From an uncultured Chlamydiae bacterium (lineage in GTDB: Bacteria; Chlamydiota; Chlamydiia; Chlamydiales; Parachlamydiaceae), in NCBI GenBank assembly GCA_963754655.1, contig CAVWGN010000001.1, forward strand, positions 2,080,001 to 2,144,000: a DNA stretch of 64,000 nt, given 5' to 3'. Below, in pieces: positions 32,862-43,430 of this stretch. Position 1 is the first letter of the stretch, and each line of letters opens with the position of its first letter. Under the pieces are notes generated by a model. It saw only the letters and a program-made list of their open reading frames with translations. It was not told the origin of the DNA and did no database searches. The translations under genes were made by a program, and so were the position numbers.

Positions 32862-34163
32862 TCACTTCAGGATAAGTTTATTTCTTATAAGTTCTTTATC
32901 TGATAACCCACTTAATAATCGGATTAAGATAGGCGCAGCAATTAAAGCATTGATAATAGAGAAGGCAACAAGGGTGAAAAAGAGCTGGTTGCCAATTAAT
33001 CCAACTTTATAAGCAATAGATGTCATTAAAATCTCCATAGACCCCCGAGTATTTAATCCATTAGCGATGATAAAAGATTGCCGGAGCGAGTATCCGCTGA
33101 TTAAAGCCCCTAGGGAAGCGCCTATTAGTTTAATTAAGGAGCCAAAGATGAAGATGGCGATAACCATTAGAATATTTAGCTCTTGCATTAGATTAATTTT
33201 TAACCCAATGGAAATAAAAAAGAAAGGAGCAAAAAAATTCATAATAAATAATTCTAATTGATCAAGAATTTGGCTTTGCTCACCGATGATTCTTTTACAA
33301 AAAATTCCAGCAGAAAAAGCTCCTAGGCTGGGATGAATATGAATTGCATTTGTAAATGCAGCACAAAGCAAGCAAACACCGAATAAGGAGGAAATATCAT
33401 ATGAAATCTTATGCTTAGAGCTATTTGACTGAGCAAATAGTTTTCCTAGCCATTTTTTATTGTTTGAAATCAAAAATATCACAATAAAGAAAAAGATAAG
33501 ATAAACAATTGTATAGAGAATTTGCATGCTTTCAATAGCTGTATTTGCATAGATTAATATAGAAGAGAAGGCTAACCATCCTACAATATCTGTTACCATA
33601 GCTGTGCCAATAATTGTAGTCCCTAGTTTCGTATCTAATATGTTGTTATCCATTAAGATTCTGACAATGATTGTGAGTGCTGAAATGGAAATAATCAGGC
33701 CGAAAGTTAAAGGAAAAACGAGCGGTGCACTAGGGTATTCAATTCCATGAAGAAAATCAAAAAACTGCCAGGCAAACCAAAACCCTGCTACGAAAGGAAA
33801 TAAAATTGCGAAAATGCTGGTAATAAAAATTGAAGCTTTTTCTTTCATAAGTAAATTCAGATTCGTCTTCATTCCAGCTAAAAAAAGCAACATGACGACT
33901 GAAAGCTGAAAAAGTGTCTCATAAGCATTTAACAATTCGCTATCCTTAGGAAAAAAAACAGCATGTAGCTGAGGGATTGCGAACCCTAAAACTGAAGGAC
34001 CTAATAAGATTCCTGCCACTATTTCACAAATTAGAATTGGAATATGATGATGTCTTCCAAACTTCGATAGCAAGCGCGCTAATATTAACATGAAGCCGAT
34101 AACAGTAAGAAAAACTGTAATATCTTGAGAAGATAAGGGATACATTATACCTAATTTAGTCAT
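32862..34163 (-). CDS. Cation:proton antiporter (CPA2/Kef-type membrane domain)
   Basis: EIVAGILLGPSVLG, LGAFSAG, FFAPFFFISIG and LNTRG motifs. Confidence 0.88.
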   Translation of the reverse strand: MTKLGIMYPLSSQDITVFLTVIGFMLILARLLSKFGRHHHIPILICEIVAGILLGPSVLGFAIPQLHAVFFPKDSELLNAYETLFQLSVVMLLFLAGMKTNLNLLMKEKASIFITSIFAILFPFVAGFWFAWQFFDFLHGIEYPSAPLVFPLTFGLIISISALTIIVRILMDNNILDTKLGTTIIGTAMVTDIVGWLAFSSILIYANTAIESMQILYTIVYLIFFFIVIFLISNNKKWLGKLFAQSNSSKHKISYDISSLFGVCLLCAAFTNAIHIHPSLGAFSAGIFCKRIIGEQSQILDQLELFIMNFFAPFFFISIGLKINLMQELNILMVIAIFIFGSLIKLIGASLGALISGYSLRQSFIIANGLNTRGSMEILMTSIAYKVGLIGNQLFFTLVAFSIINALIAAPILIRLLSGLSDKELIRNKLILK

Positions 34164-34410
34164 TAATAAGTTCGTGAAAAGACAGTTATTTTCACCTTAA
34201 ATTTTTTAATCAAAAAAATCACTTTAAATTAAATCTTGCGTCATTAACAGCCGTCCAGATTTGAGTTGTCAACTGGAATTTCTTCGCACCTATTGTTTAA
34301 TTACCGTATATTTTTGGTAGGACGCTGGCATTTTTAAGACACGCCCAGTACGCTGTCACATGAGTTTACAATCAGATGAATTTTAGGAAAAAGAAGAAGG
34401 AAGGATCAAA

Positions 34411-36930
34411 ATGGATGCTTTTGATTTAAGACAATGGGATGGATTTGCCGGTGCCGGTGGATCCTTAATAGAACCTGCAATCATTGATCAAATTGTCATT
34501 GATTCTCGACGCATTGATTCTCCTCACGCTGTTTTTGTTGCATTGAAAGGGGCAAAAGAAGATGGACATGCGTATGTGGAACAGGCAGCTCAAGCTGGAG
34601 CCAAATTTGCACTAGTCTCGCAAGAATGGCAATCTCCTTCAAGATTGCCTGAATTAACTTTATTGCGTGTCCCAGATCCTCTTCAGTCCTTTCAAGCAAT
34701 TGTCAAAACATATCGCCTACAGCTTCCAACTAAAATTATTGGTGTTACAGGATCATTCGGCAAGACAATGGTCAAAGATTTACTTTATGCATTATTGGGA
34801 ACAGAGAAGCGTATTGCCGCTTCGCCCGAAAGCTTTAATAGCCAAATAGGAGTCGCCCTTAGCTTGCTAACTTTACACCGACAACATGAGATTGCCATCA
34901 TTGAAGCAGCCATTTCACATCGAAATGAAATGGATGCTCTTGTCGATATGATTCAACCGACTTATACTTTATTGACGCCTATAGGCAAGAAGCATCTTGC
35001 TACACTACAAGATCTTTCTATACTTTCTGAAGAAATCATGAAACTCATCAAGTCAACTCCTTCGCAAGGTTGGGCACTGTTATCGCGTGATATAGAGGTA
35101 GAAAAGCATTTAACTCAACTGAATTGTCCCTTTTTCTTTTGGAATGACACCTACCAACAATTACCGCATGCAGCCGCTTTATCCACAGCTCCATTGTCTC
35201 AATATCAAATTTCTTTTCCCGATTCTACCACGTATCAAGATGAAATGAACATAGGACAAGCCTATTTTATCAATTTGGTCAACATGGCAACTAAGGCTGC
35301 TTGGCTCATGGGCATTTCTTCTTCTCATATTCTTTCAGTGCTCCAAGCGTATCAACCAGAGCCTATGCGCACTGAAATTTGGAAATCGCCAGTTGGAACA
35401 ATTTTCATTAATGATACTTATTGTTCAGATCCTCAATCAGTCGACCATACTTTAAAACTTTTTGAATTTGCCTCAAATGAAAACCGGAAGATTTTCGTTT
35501 TTGGCGGCATGCGCGGCCAGCTTTTATCATCGACTACAGATTACAAAAGAATCGGCAAAGCCCTTGCAAAATCACATATCAATCATTTATTTTTAGTCGG
35601 ACAAAAGCCTTTTAAACCACTCATTGAAGAAATTCAACATTTATCTCCTGAAACTGAAATTTTAGCTTTTGATGATTATGAAGAAAATTTTGCTTACTTA
35701 CAACAGCATTTAAAAGCACAAGATCTCGTCATTTTTAAAGGCGAAAACAAATTACCTTTAGACAAGCTAACGGAAATATTTAATGACAGCTTATCCAATA
35801 ATCAATGTATGATCAATTTAGCTGCCATTCAAACAAACTTGGCTTTGATTCGCAATTGTCTTCCAAAAGACAGTCGAATGATGATCATGGTGAAAGCGTT
35901 GGCTTATGGAACAGATGATGTACGGGTATCGAAATTTTTGGCAAAGAACGGAATCGATATTCTTGGAGTCTCCTATGTAGATGAAGGAATCGCTCTGAAA
36001 AGAGCCGGAGTCCATCAGGCTATTTTTTCAATTAATGTTGCTCCTTATGAAGTGGCTAAAGTCGTTAAATGGGAATTGGAGGTCGGTGTTAGCAATCACA
36101 CCTTAATTAAGGCCCTAGCGCAAGAAGCGAGCCATCATCAGAAAGTCATTAAAGTCCATTTGCATATTAATACAGGCATGGGAAGATTTGGATGTCGTCC
36201 AGAAGAAGCTATTGAATTAGCACGCCAAATTCAATCTCTTCCTTCTATTGAGTTAGAGGGAGTCATGACTCATTTTGCCTGTTCAGAAGATCCTCAAGAA
36301 GATGCTTTTACATTGCATCAAATTGAGCTGTTTGATCGAATAATAAAAGAAATGGAGCAAGAAGGGATTTCTGCTAAATGGAAACATGCCGCCAATTCAA
36401 GTGGTTCATTGCGTTTTCACTTACCTCAATATAATATGGTTCGTTTGGGACTTGCCGTATATGGTCTTTATGGATCAGAAGCGGTAAGAAAAACGCTCGA
36501 TCTTAAATTAGCTATTTCTTTAACCTCACGCATTGTGGGCATCAATATTTGTAAGCAAGGGGAAACCATTAGTTACGGGCGCAAATACCAAGTTAAACGA
36601 GAAACTCAAAAAATTGCTGTCCTTCCTATTGGTTATTTTGACGGACTTCACCGCCATTACAGTGGAAAAGCACACGTTCTCATTCGAGGTCAGAAAGCTC
36701 CTATGGTAGGCAATATCTGTATGGATAATATGATGGTGGATATCACAGATATTCCGAATGTTGAAGTAGGAGATAAGGTTCTCATTTTTGGAGAAGATGA
36801 ATATGGTTATTATCTTTCACCTGAAGAATTAGCCATGAGTGGAGATTCCATCGTTCATGAACTCATGACTTGCTTAGGTCCTCGCATTCCACGCATTTTT
36901 ATCTATGAAGAAGGAAAGCAAATTCGTTAA
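34411..36930 (+). CDS. alr: Bifunctional MurF-like ligase / alanine racemase fusion
   Basis: N-terminal DSR..., DGHAY, GVTGSFGKTMVK, SFNSQIG (MurF). C-terminal VKALAYG, NTGMGRFG, ISYG, VGNICMD (Alr). Confidence 0.92.
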   Translation: MDAFDLRQWDGFAGAGGSLIEPAIIDQIVIDSRRIDSPHAVFVALKGAKEDGHAYVEQAAQAGAKFALVSQEWQSPSRLPELTLLRVPDPLQSFQAIVKTYRLQLPTKIIGVTGSFGKTMVKDLLYALLGTEKRIAASPESFNSQIGVALSLLTLHRQHEIAIIEAAISHRNEMDALVDMIQPTYTLLTPIGKKHLATLQDLSILSEEIMKLIKSTPSQGWALLSRDIEVEKHLTQLNCPFFFWNDTYQQLPHAAALSTAPLSQYQISFPDSTTYQDEMNIGQAYFINLVNMATKAAWLMGISSSHILSVLQAYQPEPMRTEIWKSPVGTIFINDTYCSDPQSVDHTLKLFEFASNENRKIFVFGGMRGQLLSSTTDYKRIGKALAKSHINHLFLVGQKPFKPLIEEIQHLSPETEILAFDDYEENFAYLQQHLKAQDLVIFKGENKLPLDKLTEIFNDSLSNNQCMINLAAIQTNLALIRNCLPKDSRMMIMVKALAYGTDDVRVSKFLAKNGIDILGVSYVDEGIALKRAGVHQAIFSINVAPYEVAKVVKWELEVGVSNHTLIKALAQEASHHQKVIKVHLHINTGMGRFGCRPEEAIELARQIQSLPSIELEGVMTHFACSEDPQEDAFTLHQIELFDRIIKEMEQEGISAKWKHAANSSGSLRFHLPQYNMVRLGLAVYGLYGSEAVRKTLDLKLAISLTSRIVGINICKQGETISYGRKYQVKRETQKIAVLPIGYFDGLHRHYSGKAHVLIRGQKAPMVGNICMDNMMVDITDIPNVEVGDKVLIFGEDEYGYYLSPEELAMSGDSIVHELMTCLGPRIPRIFIYEEGKQIR

Positions 36931-36943
36931 CTAAGGATATTCA

Positions 36944-38470
36944 ATGAAAATAATAGAAAAAGACTATCAAAAAGTTTTTGAACTCTCTAAACATGCGCGC
37001 ATTTTGCAAGGCATTGTTTCAATTTTAGATTGGGATCAGGAGACTTATATGCCCTCAGGCAGCGCAGGCATTCGAGCTGAGCAGCTTGAAACAATGGCCG
37101 GTATCATTCATCGTGAAAAAACAAGCCGCAAATTTGCAAATGCTTTATCCAAGCTGATTGATATTCAAACAGGAAAAATTAAAACCAACACCCTTTCTTC
37201 TCAACAAATGGCCTCTCTTAGAGAATGGAGGCGCGACTATCTGCATGATACAGCCCTGCCGTCAAAATTTGTCGAAGAATTGGCTAAGGTGACATCTCAA
37301 GCGATCATAGCCTGGCGTACAGCTAAAAAAGATAACGCCTTTCAACAATTTGCTCCCTACCTCGATCGCATTGTACAATTGAACCGTAAAAAGGCCGACC
37401 TATTAGGTTATCAAGATCATCCCTATGATGCTTTGCTCGATCAGTATGAACCCGATGTTAAAACACATGAAGTCAGCGCTCTTTTCTTAAAACTCCGTAC
37501 ACAATTAACACCTCTAATCCAAAAAATGGCTCAACAGCCAGTCGACGATCAATTTTTATATGGCAATTGGGATCAAGCTAAGCAAATGGCCTTTAGCCAA
37601 AAACTTTTAGCCACCATGGGCTACGATAACAATAAAGGAAGGGTGGATTTTTCAGCTCATCCCTTTTCTTCTGCTAGTCATCCAACAGACAGCCGTATCA
37701 CAACACGGATTCATCCAGAATCATTGATGAGCAATATTTTTGCCATTCTTCACGAAGCCGGGCATGCTCTGTATGAAATGGGATTGCCGCAAAATGACTA
37801 TGGATCACCCTTAGGAGATTCTCGCTCGCTTGGCGTGCATGAAAGTCAATCACGTTGGTGGGAAACACGCATTGGCTTAAGCAAACCATTTTGGCAATAT
37901 TTCTTTCCGTTGCTCAAAGAAACTTTTAGAGGCCAATTGGATCAGATTACATTAGACGTTTTTTATCGCGCCATCAATAAAGTCGAGCCCTCTTTTATTC
38001 GCATTGAAGCAGATGAAGTCACTTATCCTTTGCATATCATTTTGCGCTTTGAATTGGAAAAAGGACTTATAGAAGGATCTTTGAACGTGCGCGATATACC
38101 CGAGGCTTGGAATGCCAAAATGAAAGAATACTTGGGACTGATTCCAAGCACTAATGCAGAGGGATGTTTACAAGATATTCATTGGTCTATGGGAGCGTTT
38201 GGATATTTCCCCACTTATACTTTGGGAAACTTATATGCCGCTCACCTTTTTGAAGCCTTTGTCAAAGATCATCCTGATTGGGAAAAACAAGTTGCAGCAG
38301 GTCAGTTGGGATTCATTAAACTTTGGTTGCATGAAAAAATTTATCAACATGGAAAGCACTATACGACTCAAGAATTGCTTACCCAGGCTACTGGCAAGAA
38401 TTTTTCTGCCGATCCTTATTTGCATTATCTAAAAAAGAAATATTCTTCGTTATATGAATTCACAATGTGA
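36944..38470 (+). CDS. M32-family carboxypeptidase
   Basis: HPF, HEAGHALYE, HESQS, IRIEADE and GYFPTYTLG motifs. Confidence 0.95.
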   Translation: MKIIEKDYQKVFELSKHARILQGIVSILDWDQETYMPSGSAGIRAEQLETMAGIIHREKTSRKFANALSKLIDIQTGKIKTNTLSSQQMASLREWRRDYLHDTALPSKFVEELAKVTSQAIIAWRTAKKDNAFQQFAPYLDRIVQLNRKKADLLGYQDHPYDALLDQYEPDVKTHEVSALFLKLRTQLTPLIQKMAQQPVDDQFLYGNWDQAKQMAFSQKLLATMGYDNNKGRVDFSAHPFSSASHPTDSRITTRIHPESLMSNIFAILHEAGHALYEMGLPQNDYGSPLGDSRSLGVHESQSRWWETRIGLSKPFWQYFFPLLKETFRGQLDQITLDVFYRAINKVEPSFIRIEADEVTYPLHIILRFELEKGLIEGSLNVRDIPEAWNAKMKEYLGLIPSTNAEGCLQDIHWSMGAFGYFPTYTLGNLYAAHLFEAFVKDHPDWEKQVAAGQLGFIKLWLHEKIYQHGKHYTTQELLTQATGKNFSADPYLHYLKKKYSSLYEFTM

Positions 38471-38491
38471 GTCCTATGAAGGAAGAAGAAC

Positions 38492-38532
38492 AAGACCCGG
38501 CCCCGAATCGCAGGTACCGGGTCTTTGTTTTT
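38492..38532. terminator. Terminator hairpin between convergent genes
   Basis: aagacccgg...ccgggtctt followed by a T-tract. Confidence 0.6.
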
Positions 38533-38544
38533 TAAATTCAGATT

Positions 38545-40761
38545 TTATCGAGGAAGAAGAATTTGAGATTGCAAAATAGAGGTTTTAAAGAGGTTAATAA
38601 ATCCTTCTCTTATAATCTTTGTCAGGTTCTCCGCTCCAAATTCATAACGTGCATTCTCGATGACTTTCAAAGCGCTAAGCATGCGGTTAAAACGCTCTGG
38701 CAACATAACGCGCTCTCTGATCAATAAGGCAGGGGCATATAGGATGAAATTGAAGTGTAGCCAATCTGTGTTGCTCCACTCGCTATTATTGATTAACTTC
38801 ATGAAAGCAAATATTCCTGCGCTATAAGCTTCACCAATATCAATGCTGTCTTTGCAAGTCAAGCTAACGCTATCACACTTTGTCCACTCAATTAATTTTA
38901 ACTGAAGAAACCAATAGAAAATTTCTATAAAATCCAAGCGGCTTTCTCTCATTATGACATTCTTCGAAGAGAAAAAGATTCGATGAATGGCTTCAAAAGC
39001 TCCATCAATAAATGTGGACAAATCCTTTCTTTTAATAGCAGGAGGAAAAAAATAACCTGCATTCTCATCTAATAGCAATTCTTTGAATTGCTCCTTAAAA
39101 AGGTGCGCATGGTTGACTTGATGATAAGGGATTAACTGATGATAGAAATCGGTATCTGTTGCCAAGGTCACCACATTGATGGCGTTCTCTATTTCAATCT
39201 GTTGCTGTAGCTCTTCAAGCACAGCACAGCGAATATGTTCGCGCCAAGCAGTGCGGTCTTGCAAATTGATCAATAAGTGTTTGCGTGGAACAGTGCCTTT
39301 GGCGTAAGAGTGTAGAAATGCCTTAAATTCATTATTAACAACCGCTTTGTTAATAAACTCCTGGTAAATAGGTGTGGGCATACGTAAAAAGGCATAATGC
39401 TTATCCTGAGCATAAATGTCATATAATTGATTGGGAATATTGTGCTGCAAAATAGGATCAAAAACGTAATAGGTATCTTCTTCCAATATTTCGAGTACTT
39501 TAAAAAGTGGACCATTAGGATGATGCGTAAGCAATGTGGACATAGCAGCATACTCTTCAGCTATTTTACTCCCTATTTTTTTAGAAGCTTGTATCTCTTC
39601 TATATGCTTGCGAGAAACCAAAGACATAGACTGTTGTATTAAGTCATTGACAATGGATGTCATGTCCTGTAAGCCCTTGAGATGCGAATATAAGGCTCGA
39701 CAAATAGTATGAATAATATCCATTAAATCAATAGCCAATTGATTACCTTCTTTAGGAGGATAAGCCATCCATTTCTGATAAATACTTGTTTGAAAAGCCT
39801 CCCGCAAAAATCCTTGAAAATCCTCAAAATATTCAGTACAAGTTTTGACAGGGTGATGACGCAAAAGATTTTGAGCATGCGAGCTCAACATTAAAGCCAA
39901 CAAAGCTTTATTGATTAACTTAACTAATTCATGATCTTTAAATTTACGGGTTTCATTAAGAAACTTATCTAAACTTGATCCTAGAGCCTTAATAATTTCT
40001 CTGGCACTCGTGTGAATTGTGCGATCATACCATTGCTTAATATTTTCTAAAGGATCAAGCTCCTTTCTCTCTCCAAAATAGCTACCAAAGTCGCAAACTA
40101 ACTTAATATTGCGTAACAAGCGAGGGCTGAAGAAACGAGATCCATCTTCTTTGCGAATAAAGAACAGCTCATACTCGATATCTTTTTTAACCGTTTCAAG
40201 ATCAATAAATACATGCTTTGTATTTGTCAATTTATCAGTCTTCTGGGTCGCAGCTTTAAATGTAATTTCTTGCCCCGCTCTTTCTTTGCCTAAAGTCAAT
40301 CCTAAAATCCATTTATTAATGACCCCTTCTTCAACTTTACGTGCAATTTTGGTGTGATAAAATTCTTGCAATTGCTTGTATTCTTTTAAATCAGTTACGC
40401 TTTGCGTTTGATGAAAAATTTGCGTATATTTATCAAGCTTTTTAGCTGCTTCTCCAACCAAAACCATGATCGTCTTGATGCCTTCAAGAGTTTTTGTGTC
40501 GGTGACTTGCCCATATTCTTTTCTATAAAATTGCCTAAGGTAATGTAAAATGACTCGAAATGTTTCACGAACTAAACTGACAGTTGACACTGCATCTTTT
40601 TGGTGCAACCAATGAACGGTTCGATAAGCAATTTTTTCATTGCTAAGAACAATTTCATGCTTCTGCGCAATGCCAATTTCACGATCAAACTCTAAATCAG
40701 CAATGCTAGATAATGTTTCAACTGCTTCAACAATAGATAAAGTCTGAGATCGGGCAGCCAT
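38545..40761 (-). CDS. Large helical hypothetical protein
   Basis: About 740 aa intact ORF. ATG at 40761 after an AGGGG RBS. No motif recognised. Confidence 0.8.
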   Translation of the reverse strand: MAARSQTLSIVEAVETLSSIADLEFDREIGIAQKHEIVLSNEKIAYRTVHWLHQKDAVSTVSLVRETFRVILHYLRQFYRKEYGQVTDTKTLEGIKTIMVLVGEAAKKLDKYTQIFHQTQSVTDLKEYKQLQEFYHTKIARKVEEGVINKWILGLTLGKERAGQEITFKAATQKTDKLTNTKHVFIDLETVKKDIEYELFFIRKEDGSRFFSPRLLRNIKLVCDFGSYFGERKELDPLENIKQWYDRTIHTSAREIIKALGSSLDKFLNETRKFKDHELVKLINKALLALMLSSHAQNLLRHHPVKTCTEYFEDFQGFLREAFQTSIYQKWMAYPPKEGNQLAIDLMDIIHTICRALYSHLKGLQDMTSIVNDLIQQSMSLVSRKHIEEIQASKKIGSKIAEEYAAMSTLLTHHPNGPLFKVLEILEEDTYYVFDPILQHNIPNQLYDIYAQDKHYAFLRMPTPIYQEFINKAVVNNEFKAFLHSYAKGTVPRKHLLINLQDRTAWREHIRCAVLEELQQQIEIENAINVVTLATDTDFYHQLIPYHQVNHAHLFKEQFKELLLDENAGYFFPPAIKRKDLSTFIDGAFEAIHRIFFSSKNVIMRESRLDFIEIFYWFLQLKLIEWTKCDSVSLTCKDSIDIGEAYSAGIFAFMKLINNSEWSNTDWLHFNFILYAPALLIRERVMLPERFNRMLSALKVIENARYEFGAENLTKIIREGFINLFKTSILQSQILLPR

Positions 40762-40958
40762 AAATGGACCCCCTATTAAATTCGAATAAGTTTCTAACTT
40801 AATTATGACATAATTCAATTTTTAATTAAATTATAAATTAAGCTATTCTCATAAACCACTCTAATTTAAATACAAATAAAAAATTTAAAAAAAATAATTT
40901 TAACATAAAAGATTATTTTTAAGTTGAAAGAGATCATGAAATCAAAGGATTTTTAAAG

Positions 40959-41506
40959 CAGGGTGTTTCGACTAAAAAAAAATTGACACTTGCAGCCCTT
41001 TAGGCTGCTGCATGACACAACTCATTCAACCCCAGGGCGTTGCTCCATACGCATCAAGCTAAGAGAAAAGCGTAGGCTACGCGACGCCTTCAGTCGCCGC
41101 GCCGCTTCGCTCTGGGCTCTTAGGTAAGAGGGGGGGTGAGGACCACCGTTCGGTCGCCCTCCGGGCTCGGTCACGGTGGGCTATTACCAGTCGTCCTACG
41201 GACTCTAGCGGCAATATAGAAGCCATTGAATGCTATTTAAGGCGTTCTGCTAATGCCGCTAGAGTCTGTAGAACGACTGGTAATAGCCCACCGTGACCGA
41301 GCCCGGAGGGCGACCGAACGGTGGTCCTCACCCCCCCCCTCTTACCTAAGAGCCCAGAGCGAAGCGGCGCGGCGACTGAAGGCGTCGCGTAGCCTACGCT
41401 CTTCTCTTAGCTTAATGCGTATGGATCAACGCCCTGGGGTTGAGTAGGTTGTGTCATGCAGCCTGAAGGACCACAAGTGTCAAATTTTTTTAGTCAAAAC
41501 ACTTTG
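40959..41506. mobile_element. GC-rich fold-back element D (~550 bp)
   Basis: Long imperfect IR cagggtgtttcgactaaaa...ctagcggca / tgccgctag...ttttagtcaaaacactttg. Flanks atttttaaag (40949-40958) and atttttaagg (41507-41516). Confidence 0.88.
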
Positions 41507-41573
41507 ATTTTTAAGGTTAGGTTGTAGATATATTCTTAAGGTTTAAAAAAAATTCATCGGTCTAATAAAGCTA

Positions 41574-41603
41574 TTGACCTAATTAAGAGAAATGACGTAT
41601 AAC
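41574..41603 (+). promoter_or_regulatory. Candidate sigma70/66 promoter of tRNA-Ser
   Basis: TTGACC-N18-TATAAC upstream of the tRNA. Confidence 0.55.
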
Positions 41604-41649
41604 TCATCTTACTTTTACATCTTATTGGTGTTTTCCATTAAGATGATGT

Positions 41650-41735
41650 GGAAGAGTGGCAGAGTGGCCGAATGCGTCTGTCTTGAAAACAGAAGTCCCC
41701 TCCGGGGACCGTGGGTTCGAATCCTACCTCTTCCG
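41650..41735 (+). tRNA. tRNA-Ser(TGA)
   Basis: Acceptor stem ggaagag/ctcttcc, anticodon arm tctgt-ct-TGA-aa-acaga, long variable arm, GGTTCGAATCC. Confidence 0.97.
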
Positions 41736-41966
41736 ACACTTGGGATGATCTGACACTGCAACAAGCTTATCAAACGGCTCACGCAGTGTTATGATCGCCT
41801 TTTTATCCTTCATTTCTAAGTTCGAAAATAAGAAATTCAGGATTTGCCGTTTTTCGTCTACTTTCGAACTTTCATAGATTTTCTTAGCTCGCTTAGCTAA
41901 ATCAAGTACAGTTTTGACTGTAATTAGGCTTGCTTTATCAGCATCTACATGAGTAGTAGCCATCAA
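41724..41966 (-). pseudogene. C-terminal remnant of a large serine recombinase-like integrase
   Basis: LAKRAKKIYESSKVDEKRQILNFLFSNLEM..K...TLREPF resembles the LSR C-terminal pattern. The stop codon lies inside the tRNA 3' end. Confidence 0.7.
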
Positions 41967-42225
41967 AGAAATTATTTCTTGCTGTCGCTTCGATTTTGCT
42001 GGACAAAACAGCTTTAAGAGCGATAAATGGTCTTATCAGAAGATGAGGATTTGGCAATTTGCTCCCTTCCCTAGCTAATTTACCTAATAAAAAATCAGCT
42101 CGTGATAAAGCATTTACTAATTGAGTATTCCAGTTAATCTTAGGTGGCAAGGGATTAGGCATAAAAGCCGTATATCGACTTGGAGATTTTATGATTTGTC
42201 CAGCAGGTGATTTTATAATGTCCAT
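41938..42225 (-). pseudogene. N-terminal fragment of a Fic/DOC-family protein
   Basis: AFMPNPLPP...LSRADFLLGKL....LPNPHLLIRPF...AVLSSKIE. Truncated before the Fic HPF motif. Confidence 0.75.
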
Positions 42226-42399
42226 CTTTTCCTAGTATAGCAATATCTTACTGCCTATTATCGAAATTGTCAATTTTCGATAATAAAGAAGGTTTCTATC
42301 ACCATCTCTGCAAATAAGAACGCACATTATTTATCGAATTTACTTGTCATCGATAATAAGACAACTTCTTAGCATCAACCATGAGAATAAGACCAGAAT

Positions 42400-42536
42400 T
42401 AAGCTGCATTTTCTTTATATTGCTTGACGGCGTGCCTAAATGATAGATTAAGCCATTAGTCTCCTAACATTAGCCCAATCCAGACGTGTGTATCGAATAA
42501 TAATTTATGTTTTTTCAAGCTTTTATAGACAGGCAT
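42400..42536 (-). pseudogene. Truncated PIN/VapC toxin
   Basis: MPVYKSLKKHKLLFDTHVWIGLMLGD* resembles the LLDTH PIN N-terminus. It overlaps the antitoxin stop and has a premature TAA. Confidence 0.65.
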
Positions 42537-42755
42537 CCCATTTTTCTCCAATCGGCTGAATTAAGTCGCCTTTAATATGAGCTGTGCCTTTCATTTTTCC
42601 AAATAATAAAGAACTATTTTCTTCTTCAAGGGGAACCACTTTAGCAATTGGTTTATTTCGTTTTGTTATGATTATGCTATATTTTTTGCTTGGACATCAT
42701 CCATGATTTTAAGACATTCAGCTTTAAATTTACCTAATTGAATCATCCGTTTCAT
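42523..42755 (-). pseudogene. Frameshifted Phd/YefM-family antitoxin
   Basis: MKRMIQLGKFKAECLKIMDDVQAK / YSIIITKRNKPIAKVVP...KWDACL*. One A is missing in the A6 run at 42682-42687. Confidence 0.8.
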
Positions 42756-42868
42756 CTTTTTCACCTTTTATGTTGTACATAGTCATTTTTACCATGGTTA
42801 TGATTTTATTAGTAATTGACGGAGAATACTGACACACAATTGACCTCTTCTTAAGATGCAAAATTTTC

Positions 42869-43339
42869 TCAAAATTTGATTGAACCATTCATCAGTTTAT
42901 TAAGAGAATCGGTAAATTGCTTCACATTTTTTGGTCCAAACGGGGGTTGACCCCCTGTAATTGACCCGGCATCATAAAATTCTTTCATAAAATCGCGCAT
43001 CGATAAAATCGAACCAATTGTATTTTCAGTATAAATTTCCCCGCGCGGGTTGAGAGCAATAGCCTTTTTTTTCAAAACTTTTGCTGCTAAAGGAATATCT
43101 GACGTAATCACAATATCATGAATTTCGACTTGTTCCTCAATCAGTTGATCAGCGGCATCGAACTCTTTTTGTACAATTATTAACTGTACAAGATCTTGAC
43201 AAGGAATATTTTGATAACTATTTGCAACAAGTATGACCTTTATATTCAAACGTTGACTGACTTTATAAACGATTTCTTTAATGATTTTAGGGCATGCATC
43301 GGCATCAATCCAAATTTTATTAGGCCTAAATTTAGGCAT
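42869..43339 (-). CDS. YaiI/YqxD (DUF188) family protein
   Basis: IWIDADACP, DAAD, ITSDIPLA and LNPRG motifs. Confidence 0.9.
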   Translation of the reverse strand: MPKFRPNKIWIDADACPKIIKEIVYKVSQRLNIKVILVANSYQNIPCQDLVQLIIVQKEFDAADQLIEEQVEIHDIVITSDIPLAAKVLKKKAIALNPRGEIYTENTIGSILSMRDFMKEFYDAGSITGGQPPFGPKNVKQFTDSLNKLMNGSIKF

Positions 43340-43430
43340 TTTTCTTATTCCTTTAATTGTTCAATCTTAACAAATTAAATCCGAGATTATTCAGGTTAAA
43401 ATCAATTTATCTGCCAATACTAACTGAGTA

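Noticed and set aside
34164..34300. Fluoride or Na+/Li+ riboswitch upstream of the antiporter
   Set aside because: No match to the consensus motifs by eye. An Infernal/Rfam scan would settle it.
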